Shown here piece by piece: positions 47,364 through 55,323 of a stretch of DNA of 59,608 nucleotides. A program made the translations under genes and the position numbers. The stretch's first letter is position 1. Every line of letters begins with the position of its first letter. Origin of the DNA: a virus (lineage: Duplodnaviria > Caudoviricetes); the IMG/VR virus record IMGVR_UViG_3300017540_000002, positions 1 through 59,608 of that record; one strand, given 5' to 3'. Under the pieces are notes generated by a model. The model ran no database searches. It was not told where the DNA came from and saw only the letters and a program-made list of their open reading frames with translations.

Positions 47364-49000
47364 GTGGTGTTGCCGGTGACCCGGCAGAAGGCGCAGCCGA
47401 GTTCGGCGTCGTACTGGACCCGGTGCGTGATGCAGATGGGGGACTCGGGGTCGGACTCGACGACCTGCGGCACCTCGACGGTCGCGTGCCGCCGCGCCTT
47501 GCGCTGCGCCTGCGTCGCCTCCGCAGCCTCAGACGCCTGCTGGAGGTTCATGCCGTTGAGCCACCAGTTCCCACCGTTGAACAGGACCTCGTACTCGCCC
47601 TCGTTCACGTCGCGGCCGGTCACCCGGATGATCCCCACCGGAGCGTTGCGCTCGCGGGAGAGGTTCAGCGTGAAGTCCGCCGCACCGTTGAGGCCGTTCG
47701 TGCCCGACGTCGACTCCATCCAGTCGCCGGACTCGGACTTCCTCGTGTGGTGCACGACGAGGATCGACACCCCGTCGGTGGCGAGCGACTTCAACGCCGA
47801 CCCGATCCGGTAGTCGCGCTGGTACTGCGACTCGCCCTGACGGGCGTCGGGCATCACCTTGCCGAGGGTGTCGAGGATGACGACCGGCTGCTGGTCGAGC
47901 CGCGGCTGTAGCCACTGCTGGATCAGGGTGAACGTCTGCCCGGGCGGGGTCTCGATCGCGTACTGGAAGTTCTCGGGCAGCGCCTCGTCCCGCATGAGGA
48001 TGCGGGTGCGGGACTGCATACGCCGGTGAGAGTCCTCCAGCGCCAGCAGCAGCACCGGCCGTGACCCGGCCAGTGGGATGCGGCCGAGCGCGCGCCGACC
48101 GATCGCGACCGACAGGGCGATGTCGAGGGTCAGCCAGGACTTGCCGACCTTCGGCGGTCCGGTGATGAGCCCGAACCCCTCGGGGATGACCTCGGGGATG
48201 ACCCACACCAGCGGCCGGAAGTCCTGCTGGTCCAGCCAGGTGCCGGTGCGGATCAGGTCGAGCAGCGGGTTAGGCAGCAGGTAGGGCTCCAGGTCCTCCG
48301 CGCCGTACCCGGCGGCGAGGTGGTCGCTGGAGTCCTTGCCCACCTTGGCCCGCTTGAACACCAGGCTCGCGGCCACGCCGGTGAGGAGGTCCTGCACCTT
48401 CTGCGCCCAGGCGTCGCCGGAGTCGTCGCGGTCGACGACAGCGACGACGTTCGCCCCGGTGAGCGGGGTGAAGTCCGCCTTGTCGACGTTGCGCGCACCC
48501 TGCGGTGCCGTGGTCGCGTCGATGCCGCGCCGGACCCAGGCGTGCACGTCCGGCTCCCCCTCGACGAGGTAGATCGTGCGGCCCGCCTCGACGGCGGCGA
48601 TGACCTCGGGCAGCCGGTACAGGGGTGCGACGCCCTTGGTGTCGCCGGACTGCGTGATCCGCTTCCCCGGCCTGCGGGTGACGGTGCGGACGACGGTCCC
48701 GGTGCGGTCGCGGTACGGGTAGTTCGTCGTCTGCTGGTTGAACAGGTCATCTCGGGTGAGCCCGAGCGCGCCGAGCACGTCGTCGGTGGCGCAGGCGGCG
48801 AAGCAGTGCACGAGGATGCGGTCGTCGCCGTCGGTGATGTGCAGGCTGGGCCTGCCGTCGGGGTGGGCGGGGCACTGCGCGACGACGTCGCCTGGGCGGT
48901 GCTCCTCGATGACCGAGCCGTGGTCTCGTAGCCGGGACAGGATGCGCTCGAAGGCGCTCCCTCCCCCAACCCCGGTCCCTGCGTAGAGCGGTCTCGTCAC
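47360..49000 (-). CDS. DNA primase-helicase (Zn domain, TOPRIM, RepA/AAA_25 helicase)
   Basis: CPAH..PSL..HCFAAC; LVEGE, DRD; GPPKVGKS, VILDT, VHHTRK. Confidence 0.9.
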   Translation of the reverse strand: MTRPLYAGTGVGGGSAFERILSRLRDHGSVIEEHRPGDVVAQCPAHPDGRPSLHITDGDDRILVHCFAACATDDVLGALGLTRDDLFNQQTTNYPYRDRTGTVVRTVTRRPGKRITQSGDTKGVAPLYRLPEVIAAVEAGRTIYLVEGEPDVHAWVRRGIDATTAPQGARNVDKADFTPLTGANVVAVVDRDDSGDAWAQKVQDLLTGVAASLVFKRAKVGKDSSDHLAAGYGAEDLEPYLLPNPLLDLIRTGTWLDQQDFRPLVWVIPEVIPEGFGLITGPPKVGKSWLTLDIALSVAIGRRALGRIPLAGSRPVLLLALEDSHRRMQSRTRILMRDEALPENFQYAIETPPGQTFTLIQQWLQPRLDQQPVVILDTLGKVMPDARQGESQYQRDYRIGSALKSLATDGVSILVVHHTRKSESGDWMESTSGTNGLNGAADFTLNLSRERNAPVGIIRVTGRDVNEGEYEVLFNGGNWWLNGMNLQQASEAAEATQAQRKARRHATVEVPQVVESDPESPICITHRVQYDAELGCAFCRVTGNTT

Positions 49001-49209
49001 CTGCCCTCCTCTGGCTCGTACATCGCCGTCGTGACCATCTGCACCAGCACCGTGCTGAGCGCCGGTGCCACGATCTGTTCGGCTGCGGGCGTGCTCCAGC
49101 CGTCCTCGTTGATGAGGGCGTCGCGGAAGGCTCGCAGGGCCGTGCGCATCCCGCGGCTGTGCTCGACGATTTCGAGCGCGGCCACCGCGTCCTCGAACGA
49201 GGCGTTCAC
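48997..49209 (-). CDS. Hypothetical protein
   Basis: Coupled to the primase gene. Confidence 0.65.
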   Translation of the reverse strand: MNASFEDAVAALEIVEHSRGMRTALRAFRDALINEDGWSTPAAEQIVAPALSTVLVQMVTTAMYEPEEGR

Positions 49210-49272
49210 GGCTCCACCCGGGCGGTCTCGGTGATCCTCATGTGCTGTCCCTTCGTGGTGGCGTCGTCCAGG

Positions 49273-49482
49273 CTAGCCCTGCTGCTGGGGCGGCGTGGCC
49301 TCCTCGGGCTGTGGTGTGGTCACGGCCTCGTGGAGGAGGTCGTACAGGACCGGGTTGTGCAGTCGCAGCGACGTGACTGCGGCCTTGACGGTGCCGTGCT
49401 CGGATCGGAACGCGGTGTAGCGGTCGTCGCCGATGCGCTGGTGCAGCGCGTTGGTGATCGCGCTGGGGCGAATCTTGGGCAT
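49273..49482 (-). CDS. Hypothetical protein
   Basis: GGAGGA RBS. Confidence 0.7.
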   Translation of the reverse strand: MPKIRPSAITNALHQRIGDDRYTAFRSEHGTVKAAVTSLRLHNPVLYDLLHEAVTTPQPEEATPPQQQG

Positions 49483-49574
49483 GTTGTCCTCCGGTGTGGT
49501 GGTGGGTGGGTACGCTGCTGGGGTGAGGCCCCCGCCGGGGTTGCTGTCCCTTCGTCGGCGGGGGCCTCGCTGTG

Positions 49575-49898
49575 TCAGCCCTCGGGCGTCTCGACCTGGA
49601 GGCGCTCGGCCAGGCCGGGGTGCTTCTCCAGGAGCGCGGCCAGCGCCTTCTCCTCGCGCTCCCGCTCGCGCTGGCGGCGACGCGCCTCGCGCTCGCGCTC
49701 CAGGGCGGCGTCGCGCTCGGCGCGCTCCTCGGGGGTGAGGCGTCGCCGCCAGGTGAGCCCGCGGGAGGCGTGCTCCTCGCGCATGTGCTCCTCGTACTCC
49801 GCGCGGTGGTTCTGGATGAGCCGGTCGAGCGCGGCCTTGCGGGCGGCGCGCTTCGCGCTCTCGTCGGCGGGGGCGTCGTTCGTGACCTTCTTCGGCAT
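49575..49898 (-). CDS. Charged helical hypothetical protein
   Basis: MPKKVTND; GAGGA RBS. Confidence 0.75.
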   Translation of the reverse strand: MPKKVTNDAPADESAKRAARKAALDRLIQNHRAEYEEHMREEHASRGLTWRRRLTPEERAERDAALEREREARRRQREREREEKALAALLEKHPGLAERLQVETPEG

Positions 49899-50067
49899 GT
49901 GTTGTCCTCTCGGTGGGGGTTGCCTCGGTACGCTGCTGCGCACGAGGGGTCTCGTTCTCGGGCTGTTGAGGCCCTCGTTCTTCGCCCGGCGGGGGCGTGA
50001 TCTGTGGCTGTCGCTCCCGCCGGGCTTTCTACATTAGCCTACATCTTCCTGCGTGACCAGGGCAGAA

Positions 50068-50105
50068 GGAAGGCCCCCGGCTGTGTCGTCGACCGGGGGC
50101 CTTCC
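50068..50105 (-). terminator. Intrinsic terminator
   Basis: 13-bp stem GGAAGGCCCCCGG; pyrimidine tail on the minus strand. Confidence 0.65.
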
Positions 50106-50159
50106 TGATGCGTCTCACGGTGTTGCCGGTAGTCAGTCGGCCCGTGCTACGCTCTGCGA

Positions 50160-50436
50160 AGTTCCATCTCGCTGAGGGCCAGCGTACACGGCCTGACCTG
50201 CTAGTCCCAGGTTGAACCCGCGTTTGAGGCGGTACTGCCGCCTACCCGGATTCGGCCCCGGGCACCCCGATCGAGGATGGACTCTCGACGACACGGGGTG
50301 TTAGGCGCGCACCCCGACGTGGACAACCACGGGGAGCCTCCCTGGGCTGAGCCAGGGCGAGCCGCTGCGGAGAAGTTGCAGCACCGGTCACCGGTGGAGG
50401 GCCACCGGGGTGAGGAGTCACCACGGTGGTGACTAC
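50160..50436. ncRNA. Candidate structured non-coding RNA or origin element
   Basis: Nine consecutive short hairpins in a gap with no convincing CDS; ends at palindrome copy 18. Confidence 0.45.
50414..50436. repeat. 23-bp palindrome copy 18
   Basis: GGAGTCACCAC-G-GTGGTGACTAC. Confidence 0.95.
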
Positions 50437-50463
50437 GGCCGGTTCCACCTCGGGTGCAACAGA

Positions 50464-50676
50464 TCAGCGACGGCGGTAGGGGTTCGGGGTGCGCGGCGGC
50501 GGGTCGTCGCGGGTCGCGTCGGCGACGCCGTCGCGAAACCCTGCCGAGTGCCCCGACTCCCAGGTGTTGCCGAGGTGCCGCCGCAGCACGTCGACGGCGG
50601 TGGCGTAGTCCGGGGCCGCGAGGATGCGGTCGAGGAGTTGCTCGGGGTTCGCCCGCCGCGCCCGGTGCGCGCTCAC
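50464..50676 (-). CDS. Hypothetical protein
   Basis: MSAHRARRANPEQLL...WESGHSAG..NPY. Confidence 0.65.
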   Translation of the reverse strand: MSAHRARRANPEQLLDRILAAPDYATAVDVLRRHLGNTWESGHSAGFRDGVADATRDDPPPRTPNPYRRR

Positions 50677-50707
50677 CGGTTGCCCCTGTTGACGGGGCGG
50701 AGGCCGG

Positions 50708-50899
50708 TCACCGCGACGGCCTGATCGCTCGCGCGGCCGCAGCCTGGCGCAGCGCCAGCCGGGGCTCGTCCTCCGTGCACACGTACCCGTCGACGTGCTG
50801 CTCGATCGCTGGCACGTAGATGCGCCGGCGCGACGCACCCTCGGGCACCTCGGCCCCGCAGAAGTAGCACGGGGTCGTCGTCGTGGTGTCACCCATCAC
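50708..50899 (-). CDS. Small Cys-containing protein
   Basis: PCYFCG...YVC; coupled. Confidence 0.6.
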   Translation of the reverse strand: MMGDTTTTTPCYFCGAEVPEGASRRRIYVPAIEQHVDGYVCTEDEPRLALRQAAAARAIRPSR

Positions 50900-51195
50900 T
50901 CATCCTCCTCGCTGAACTGGTCGATCACTCTCACGAAGCCCTCCGACGGGTCGTCGCGCGTCCACACCGCCTGCACGAACCGCAGGGAGCATGACTCCTC
51001 CCACCACGCCTGCATCAGCGTGAGGTCCGGCGGCACGAGGGTGTAGTCGCAGGCCGTGAACTCGTCCACCTGACCCTGGTCCATGACCAGGTAGACCTTG
51101 TGGCACCCGTCCCACGTCATCGCCTTCGCGATGTGCAACAGGTCAACGAGCACAGGCACCTCGCTCAGGCGGAAACCGCGCCTCATGGTGATCAT
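50896..51195 (-). CDS. Hypothetical protein
   Basis: WDGCHKVYL...WWEESCSLRFV. Confidence 0.75.
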   Translation of the reverse strand: MITMRRGFRLSEVPVLVDLLHIAKAMTWDGCHKVYLVMDQGQVDEFTACDYTLVPPDLTLMQAWWEESCSLRFVQAVWTRDDPSEGFVRVIDQFSEEDE

Positions 51196-51196
51196 G

Positions 51197-51457
51197 TCAG
51201 TGGTCCTCCTCGATGTACTCGGACCCGGGCGGGTCCTGGCGGGCTTCGACGACGGCTTCACGGAAAGCGAGGCTGTACTCCTCGCGGGTGCGGACCCACT
51301 CGGTGGTCTCGTTCCAGTCTTCGCGGGTGTGCCCGGCACCTGCGTCGACGGCGTGGATCACGAAGTCATCACGCTCCACGCCGTCGACGAACACGCGCAC
51401 ATGGACGTCGCCGTCGGGGCAGGTCACGGCGAGCACCTCGATCTGCGGGTCGGCCAT
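51197..51457 (-). CDS. Hypothetical protein
   Basis: MADPQIEVLAV; GGAGG RBS. Confidence 0.7.
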   Translation of the reverse strand: MADPQIEVLAVTCPDGDVHVRVFVDGVERDDFVIHAVDAGAGHTREDWNETTEWVRTREEYSLAFREAVVEARQDPPGSEYIEEDH

Positions 51458-51771
51458 CAGACGGCCCTCCGTCGCAGCGCTCGCGTGATCGCAGCACGCC
51501 GCCAGTCCAGGCGCGACAACCGCACCCCACGCTCCAGCACGTAGTCGCGCTCGTACTGGTACGTCGTCCGCTTGATCGCGAACGTGCGGCCGTCGATCGT
51601 CCGCCTGCGGGACGTGCTGCACCGGGGGCAGAGCCGCACCTGCGTGAACTCCACGACCCGGCCGCGGTTCTCGACGACGAGGTCCTCGACGAACCTCCAC
51701 GAGTGACCCTCGTCCCGGCAGACGAGCGCGCCGTCCGTGAGGTCGGCCGGGTCCTTCACCGAGCCGCTCAC
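51457..51771 (-). CDS. Hypothetical protein (CR..GHSW...CPRC)
   Basis: Coupled ORF with a Zn-type motif. Confidence 0.7.
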   Translation of the reverse strand: MSGSVKDPADLTDGALVCRDEGHSWRFVEDLVVENRGRVVEFTQVRLCPRCSTSRRRTIDGRTFAIKRTTYQYERDYVLERGVRLSRLDWRRAAITRALRRRAV

Positions 51772-52121
51772 GACTCGCCTCCGAGCCGACCGCACAGGCG
51801 CATCCGGTCCTCGTCGGACTCAGGCACCAGGCCACAGCCCTCGCACCGCACGCCCGACACGGCGGTGCGAGGGTCCGTGACCGACTGCCACGAGTGGTTG
51901 CGGACCAGCAGCACCGACCCCGCGCGGCGGATGTCCGTGCGTCCGTCGTCCAGGTGCAGGCGCACCATCTCGGCACCACTGCGGGTGGTGAACCGGTCGA
52001 CGGCCGTGACGATCACGTCGCCGTCGCGGAAGCCGATGATCCCTGCACCCGCGGGGATGTCCGCCGCGAACAGCCGGGCGTACTCGCCCGACCGCACCAG
52101 CGGGTTCTTCTCCTCGCTCAT
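51768..52121 (-). CDS. Hypothetical protein
   Basis: ATG after ACGAAGGGACAGACC. Confidence 0.75.
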   Translation of the reverse strand: MSEEKNPLVRSGEYARLFAADIPAGAGIIGFRDGDVIVTAVDRFTTRSGAEMVRLHLDDGRTDIRRAGSVLLVRNHSWQSVTDPRTAVSGVRCEGCGLVPESDEDRMRLCGRLGGES

Positions 52122-52158
52122 GGTCTGTCCCTTCGTAGTCGTGGCTGTGTGAGGAGGT

Positions 52159-52195
52159 GGTGTCAGCCCGCCTTGAACCACAGCGGGCTGACACC
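52159..52195 (-). terminator. GC-rich hairpin
   Basis: GGTGTCAGCCCGC...GCGGGCTGACACC. Confidence 0.5.
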
Positions 52196-52215
52196 CAGGC
52201 CGCAGGCCCGCCTGG

Positions 52216-52362
52216 TCAGCGGGTCTCCTCGGCGGCGTCGGCAGCGGCCAGCAGGCGGCGGGCGAGTTCGCGAGCCTCGGTGGGCGTCCAGTCGTCGCCC
52301 CAAACCCACACCTCGCCGTCGAGCCCGCTGTGAACGTCGACGCGCTCGACCCGCGCGCTCAC
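52216..52362 (-). CDS. Small hypothetical protein (48 aa, not in ORF track)
   Basis: MSARVERV...TPTEARELARRLLAAADAAE; GTGA-coupled. Confidence 0.6.
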   Translation of the reverse strand: MSARVERVDVHSGLDGEVWVWGDDWTPTEARELARRLLAAADAAEETR

Positions 52363-53162
52363 TTGCCCGCCGCCGTGAACCACAGCGGCTCGTCGCCCCA
52401 GCCGCTGCTCAGACCGATCAGGGTGTTCGAGGCGTCGGCGTCCTCAGGGAGCAGCGCAGCGAACGTGCCGGTCGCAGTCCCGCCGTCGTAGAGGTCACCG
52501 ATCTCACTGGCGTCGTTGGGGATGACCGCCCACGCCGCGTCGTAGGTGCGGCCGTCCTTGAGCCAGGTCACGTTGACCTCGAAGAACGGGTCGACCGAAC
52601 CGTCGCCCTCGTAGGCGAACTCGACCGTGACCATGACGTACTTGAAGCCGTCCTCCGGCTCGTCGTTGAACATGTTCTCGGCCATGACGGCCGACGTCGC
52701 GTCCCACTCGACCTCGACCGGGGTGGACGTGAGCACCGCGCCCGTCTCGTACATCTCGCTCGTGACGAAGTTCTCCCCGATGAGGCCCGGGTTCTTCACG
52801 GTGCCGTCGGGCTCGCTCGCGGCGGGCTCCTCCGTGGGCTCCGGCTCCTCGGTTTCCTCCTCCGCGGCCGGCTCGGCGTCCTGGGTGGGCTCGTCGGCGG
52901 GCTCGTCCGTGCTGGTCTTCGGCACGGACACGACCGGGTCCTTGCTGCCGTCGTCGCCGAGCGCGTTCGCGATCCCGAAGATGCCGAGCAGCGCGACGAC
53001 GATCGCGCCGATGATGAGGCCCTTGCGGGACTTCTTCGGCTCCGGGGCCGGCGGCTGCACGCCGGGGAACTGCTGGTGCGGGAACTGCTGGTGCGGGCTG
53101 GGCTGCTGCGGCTGGGCGGCGTACGGGTCGGTGCCGCCGTAGGGGTACTGGCTGTTCGTCAT
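52359..53162 (-). CDS. Membrane-anchored protein with DUF4352-like extracellular domain
   Basis: Gln/Pro-rich N-terminus, TM segment, acidic linker, KYVMVTVEF..LYDGGTATG. Confidence 0.8.
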   Translation of the reverse strand: MTNSQYPYGGTDPYAAQPQQPSPHQQFPHQQFPGVQPPAPEPKKSRKGLIIGAIVVALLGIFGIANALGDDGSKDPVVSVPKTSTDEPADEPTQDAEPAAEEETEEPEPTEEPAASEPDGTVKNPGLIGENFVTSEMYETGAVLTSTPVEVEWDATSAVMAENMFNDEPEDGFKYVMVTVEFAYEGDGSVDPFFEVNVTWLKDGRTYDAAWAVIPNDASEIGDLYDGGTATGTFAALLPEDADASNTLIGLSSGWGDEPLWFTAAGK

Positions 53163-53184
53163 GGGGTGTGATCCCTTCGTCCAG

Positions 53185-53207
53185 GTAGTCACCACGGTGG
53201 TGACTAC
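53185..53207. repeat. 23-bp palindrome copy 19
   Basis: Perfect copy just upstream of the RBS of 52359..53162. Confidence 0.95.
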
Positions 53208-53234
53208 GGGGGTTGATGATGAGGTAGAGAGGTG

Positions 53235-53278
53235 GTCGGTGCGGGCGGGGGTACCTCAGCCAGCCCGCCCGCACCGAC
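53235..53278 (-). terminator. GC-rich hairpin after ssb
   Basis: 15-bp stem GTCGGTGCGGGCGGG. Confidence 0.55.
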
Positions 53279-53281
53279 GGC

Positions 53282-53758
53282 TCAGAACGGCGGCTCCTCG
53301 CCACCGCCCCACGGGTCCGCCGACGCCTGCTGGCGCGCCTGCTGGCGAGCCTGGCGCACCGCGGACACGTCGTCACGGATGCGCTCGCGCCGCTCCCGCG
53401 TGGCGACCGGCTGGGCAGCGGTCCACCGCAGAGACAGGCCGACCTCCTCGACCTGCATCTCCACGACGGTGCGCTTCTCACCCTCGCGGGTCTCGTACGA
53501 GCGCTGCGTGAGGTTGCCCTGCACGATGACGCGGGTGCCCTTCGTGAGGGACTCGACGACGTTCTCCGCCGCCTCGCGCCACACCGAGCAGCGCATGAAC
53601 AGGGTTTCACCGTCGACCCACTCGTTGGCCTGCCGGTCGAACCTGCGGGGGGTGGAGGCCACGGTGAAGTTCGCCACCGCTGCGCCCGAGGGTGTGTAGG
53701 TCACGTCGGGGTCGGCTGTGAGGTTGCCGATCACGGTGACCTGGGTCTCTCCTGCCAT
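53282..53758 (-). CDS. ssb: Single-stranded DNA-binding protein
   Basis: [17 protein letters not shown]...EEPPF, actinobacterial SSB type. Confidence 0.97.
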   Translation of the reverse strand: MAGETQVTVIGNLTADPDVTYTPSGAAVANFTVASTPRRFDRQANEWVDGETLFMRCSVWREAAENVVESLTKGTRVIVQGNLTQRSYETREGEKRTVVEMQVEEVGLSLRWTAAQPVATRERRERIRDDVSAVRQARQQARQQASADPWGGGEEPPF

Positions 53759-53764
53759 GCTGTA

Positions 53765-54070
53765 TCAGTCCTTCGTGTCGTCGTTGTGCGACGTCACCGT
53801 CGCGTCCGTGATCGGGAACTCCGAGTTCCAGATGCTCCCGCCCGACAGGAACACCGGGTACTTCCCGATGATCTGCGAGACCTCCGACACCGACTCCGTG
53901 AGCAGAAGGCCCTCGGGGTCCGGCTCGGCGGAGTCCTGGAACCCGATGACCCTCTCGTCGCCGCGGGGCTGCTCGCCGTCCGGCCAGGCGTTCCCGGTCT
54001 CGGTGTCGACGACGACGTTGGTCGCGTGCTCGAAGCCCTCCGGCCAGTCGAGTGCGTACTTGATCCTCAC
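53765..54070 (-). CDS. Hypothetical protein
   Basis: GGAGG RBS; coupled. Confidence 0.7.
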   Translation of the reverse strand: MRIKYALDWPEGFEHATNVVVDTETGNAWPDGEQPRGDERVIGFQDSAEPDPEGLLLTESVSEVSQIIGKYPVFLSGGSIWNSEFPITDATVTSHNDDTKD

Positions 54071-54273
54071 AGCGCTCCCTCCTCTGCTCTCTCGATCTTG
54101 TCCACGACGTCGGTCGCACCCTCCTCCACGAGAAAGACATGCCCTCCCGCGACATGAACGAGGGTGTCGTAGTCGTCCGTGATTTCGACGGCCGTGACCA
54201 GCGCCGGGTTGAGGAACAGGGTCCGCACGTCGTCGACGGTCTTCCTCGTGAGCGCGATCATGCGCCGGGTCAT
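54067..54273 (-). CDS. Small hypothetical protein (FlbD-like pattern)
   Basis: MIALT...LFLNPALVTAVE..DT.V...FLVEE...VVDKI. Confidence 0.65.
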   Translation of the reverse strand: MTRRMIALTRKTVDDVRTLFLNPALVTAVEITDDYDTLVHVAGGHVFLVEEGATDVVDKIERAEEGAL

Positions 54274-54488
54274 GACGCGCTCCAGTCCACGAGCCGCACG
54301 CCCACGACCTCCGCGGTCGCCTCGTACTTCGGCGGCACCTCGACGCCGGGCGGGTCCACGTGGAACACGGTCACCTCACCCGTCGCGTCGAGCACGAGGT
54401 CGGACAGCACCGCGCCCATGTGGTCGATCAGATACGAGCCCGACCGCGGCTCCACGTCCAGTTCCAGGGTGACTCGGACGGTGCTCAT
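54270..54488 (-). CDS. Hypothetical protein
   Basis: MSTVRVTLEL; coupled. Confidence 0.65.
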   Translation of the reverse strand: MSTVRVTLELDVEPRSGSYLIDHMGAVLSDLVLDATGEVTVFHVDPPGVEVPPKYEATAEVVGVRLVDWSAS

Positions 54489-54754
54489 GGCGTCGGCTCC
54501 CACACGCAGTAGAGGTCGGCGTACTGCGTGTCGTCGACCCACCGGGAGTTGCGCACCCGCACCCGCAGGCGGCCATCCGGCTGCACGAACGGCGCGGTGC
54601 GCCGCGTGTTCGCGGACTTCGCACGGGACACGGGTCGGTCCTCCAGGACCGTCCCGACCTCGCCCGGCTTCTTGCGGCAGGCAGCGACGATCGAGTCCCA
54701 GTCCTCCTTGTAGAGAGCAGCCCCGCGGCGTGGCAGGCCCTTCGGTGTCGACAT
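54485..54754 (-). CDS. Hypothetical protein
   Basis: GAGGAGGA RBS. Confidence 0.75.
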   Translation of the reverse strand: MSTPKGLPRRGAALYKEDWDSIVAACRKKPGEVGTVLEDRPVSRAKSANTRRTAPFVQPDGRLRVRVRNSRWVDDTQYADLYCVWEPTP

Positions 54755-54804
54755 GTTGGTCGTCCTCCTCGTGATGATTTCGTGATGTGTGTGCTGGGAT
54801 GGGT

Positions 54805-54844
54805 GGGCGGCCCCCGCCTGCCCCCTCGTCGGCGGGGGCCGCCC
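54805..54844 (-). terminator. GC-rich hairpin
   Basis: 14-bp stem GGGCGGCCCCCGCC. Confidence 0.55.
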
Positions 54845-54850
54845 CTGGGC

Positions 54851-55192
54851 TCAGCCCTGCTGCGAGCGCTCCAGCGCGGTGACGCGCTCGGCGAGGCTCT
54901 GTGCGACCTCGGCCAGTTGGGCGACCGCGTCGACCATGCGGCTGACTGCGTCGTCGCCGGAGCCGCTCTCCGGCTCGGGCTCCGGGTCGCTGAACTGCAT
55001 GCCCGCCTCGCGCAGGATGTCCCGCGCCTGGCTCTCCGGCAGGCCGAGGTTGCTCGCGGTCTGGACGAGCAGGTCAGCGATCGCCTGCTCGCGGTTCGCG
55101 AGGGCGGCGACGACGTCGCTCAGCGCGGCGGGGTAGGCGGCGACGACGTGCTGGGGCAGGGCGGCGACGATGGTCGTGCGGATGTCGGTCAT
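54851..55192 (-). CDS. Hypothetical protein
   Basis: GGAGGA RBS; C-terminal coiled coil. Confidence 0.8.
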   Translation of the reverse strand: MTDIRTTIVAALPQHVVAAYPAALSDVVAALANREQAIADLLVQTASNLGLPESQARDILREAGMQFSDPEPEPESGSGDDAVSRMVDAVAQLAEVAQSLAERVTALERSQQG

Positions 55193-55236
55193 GTGATCCT
55201 CCGTGGTTCGGTTGTCGTGAGCGGTGCCGCTCCCTC

Positions 55237-55277
55237 GCCCTTCCCGTAGTCACCACCGTGGCGACTACGGGAAGGGC
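55237..55277. repeat. Palindrome copy 20 (55246-55268) with a 9-bp complementary extension
   Basis: GCCCTTCCC-[palindrome]-GGGAAGGGC. Confidence 0.95.
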
Positions 55278-55323
55278 AAAGGTTGGGAACCGATCGCGTA
55301 GTGAAAGGATACTACACGCTGGG

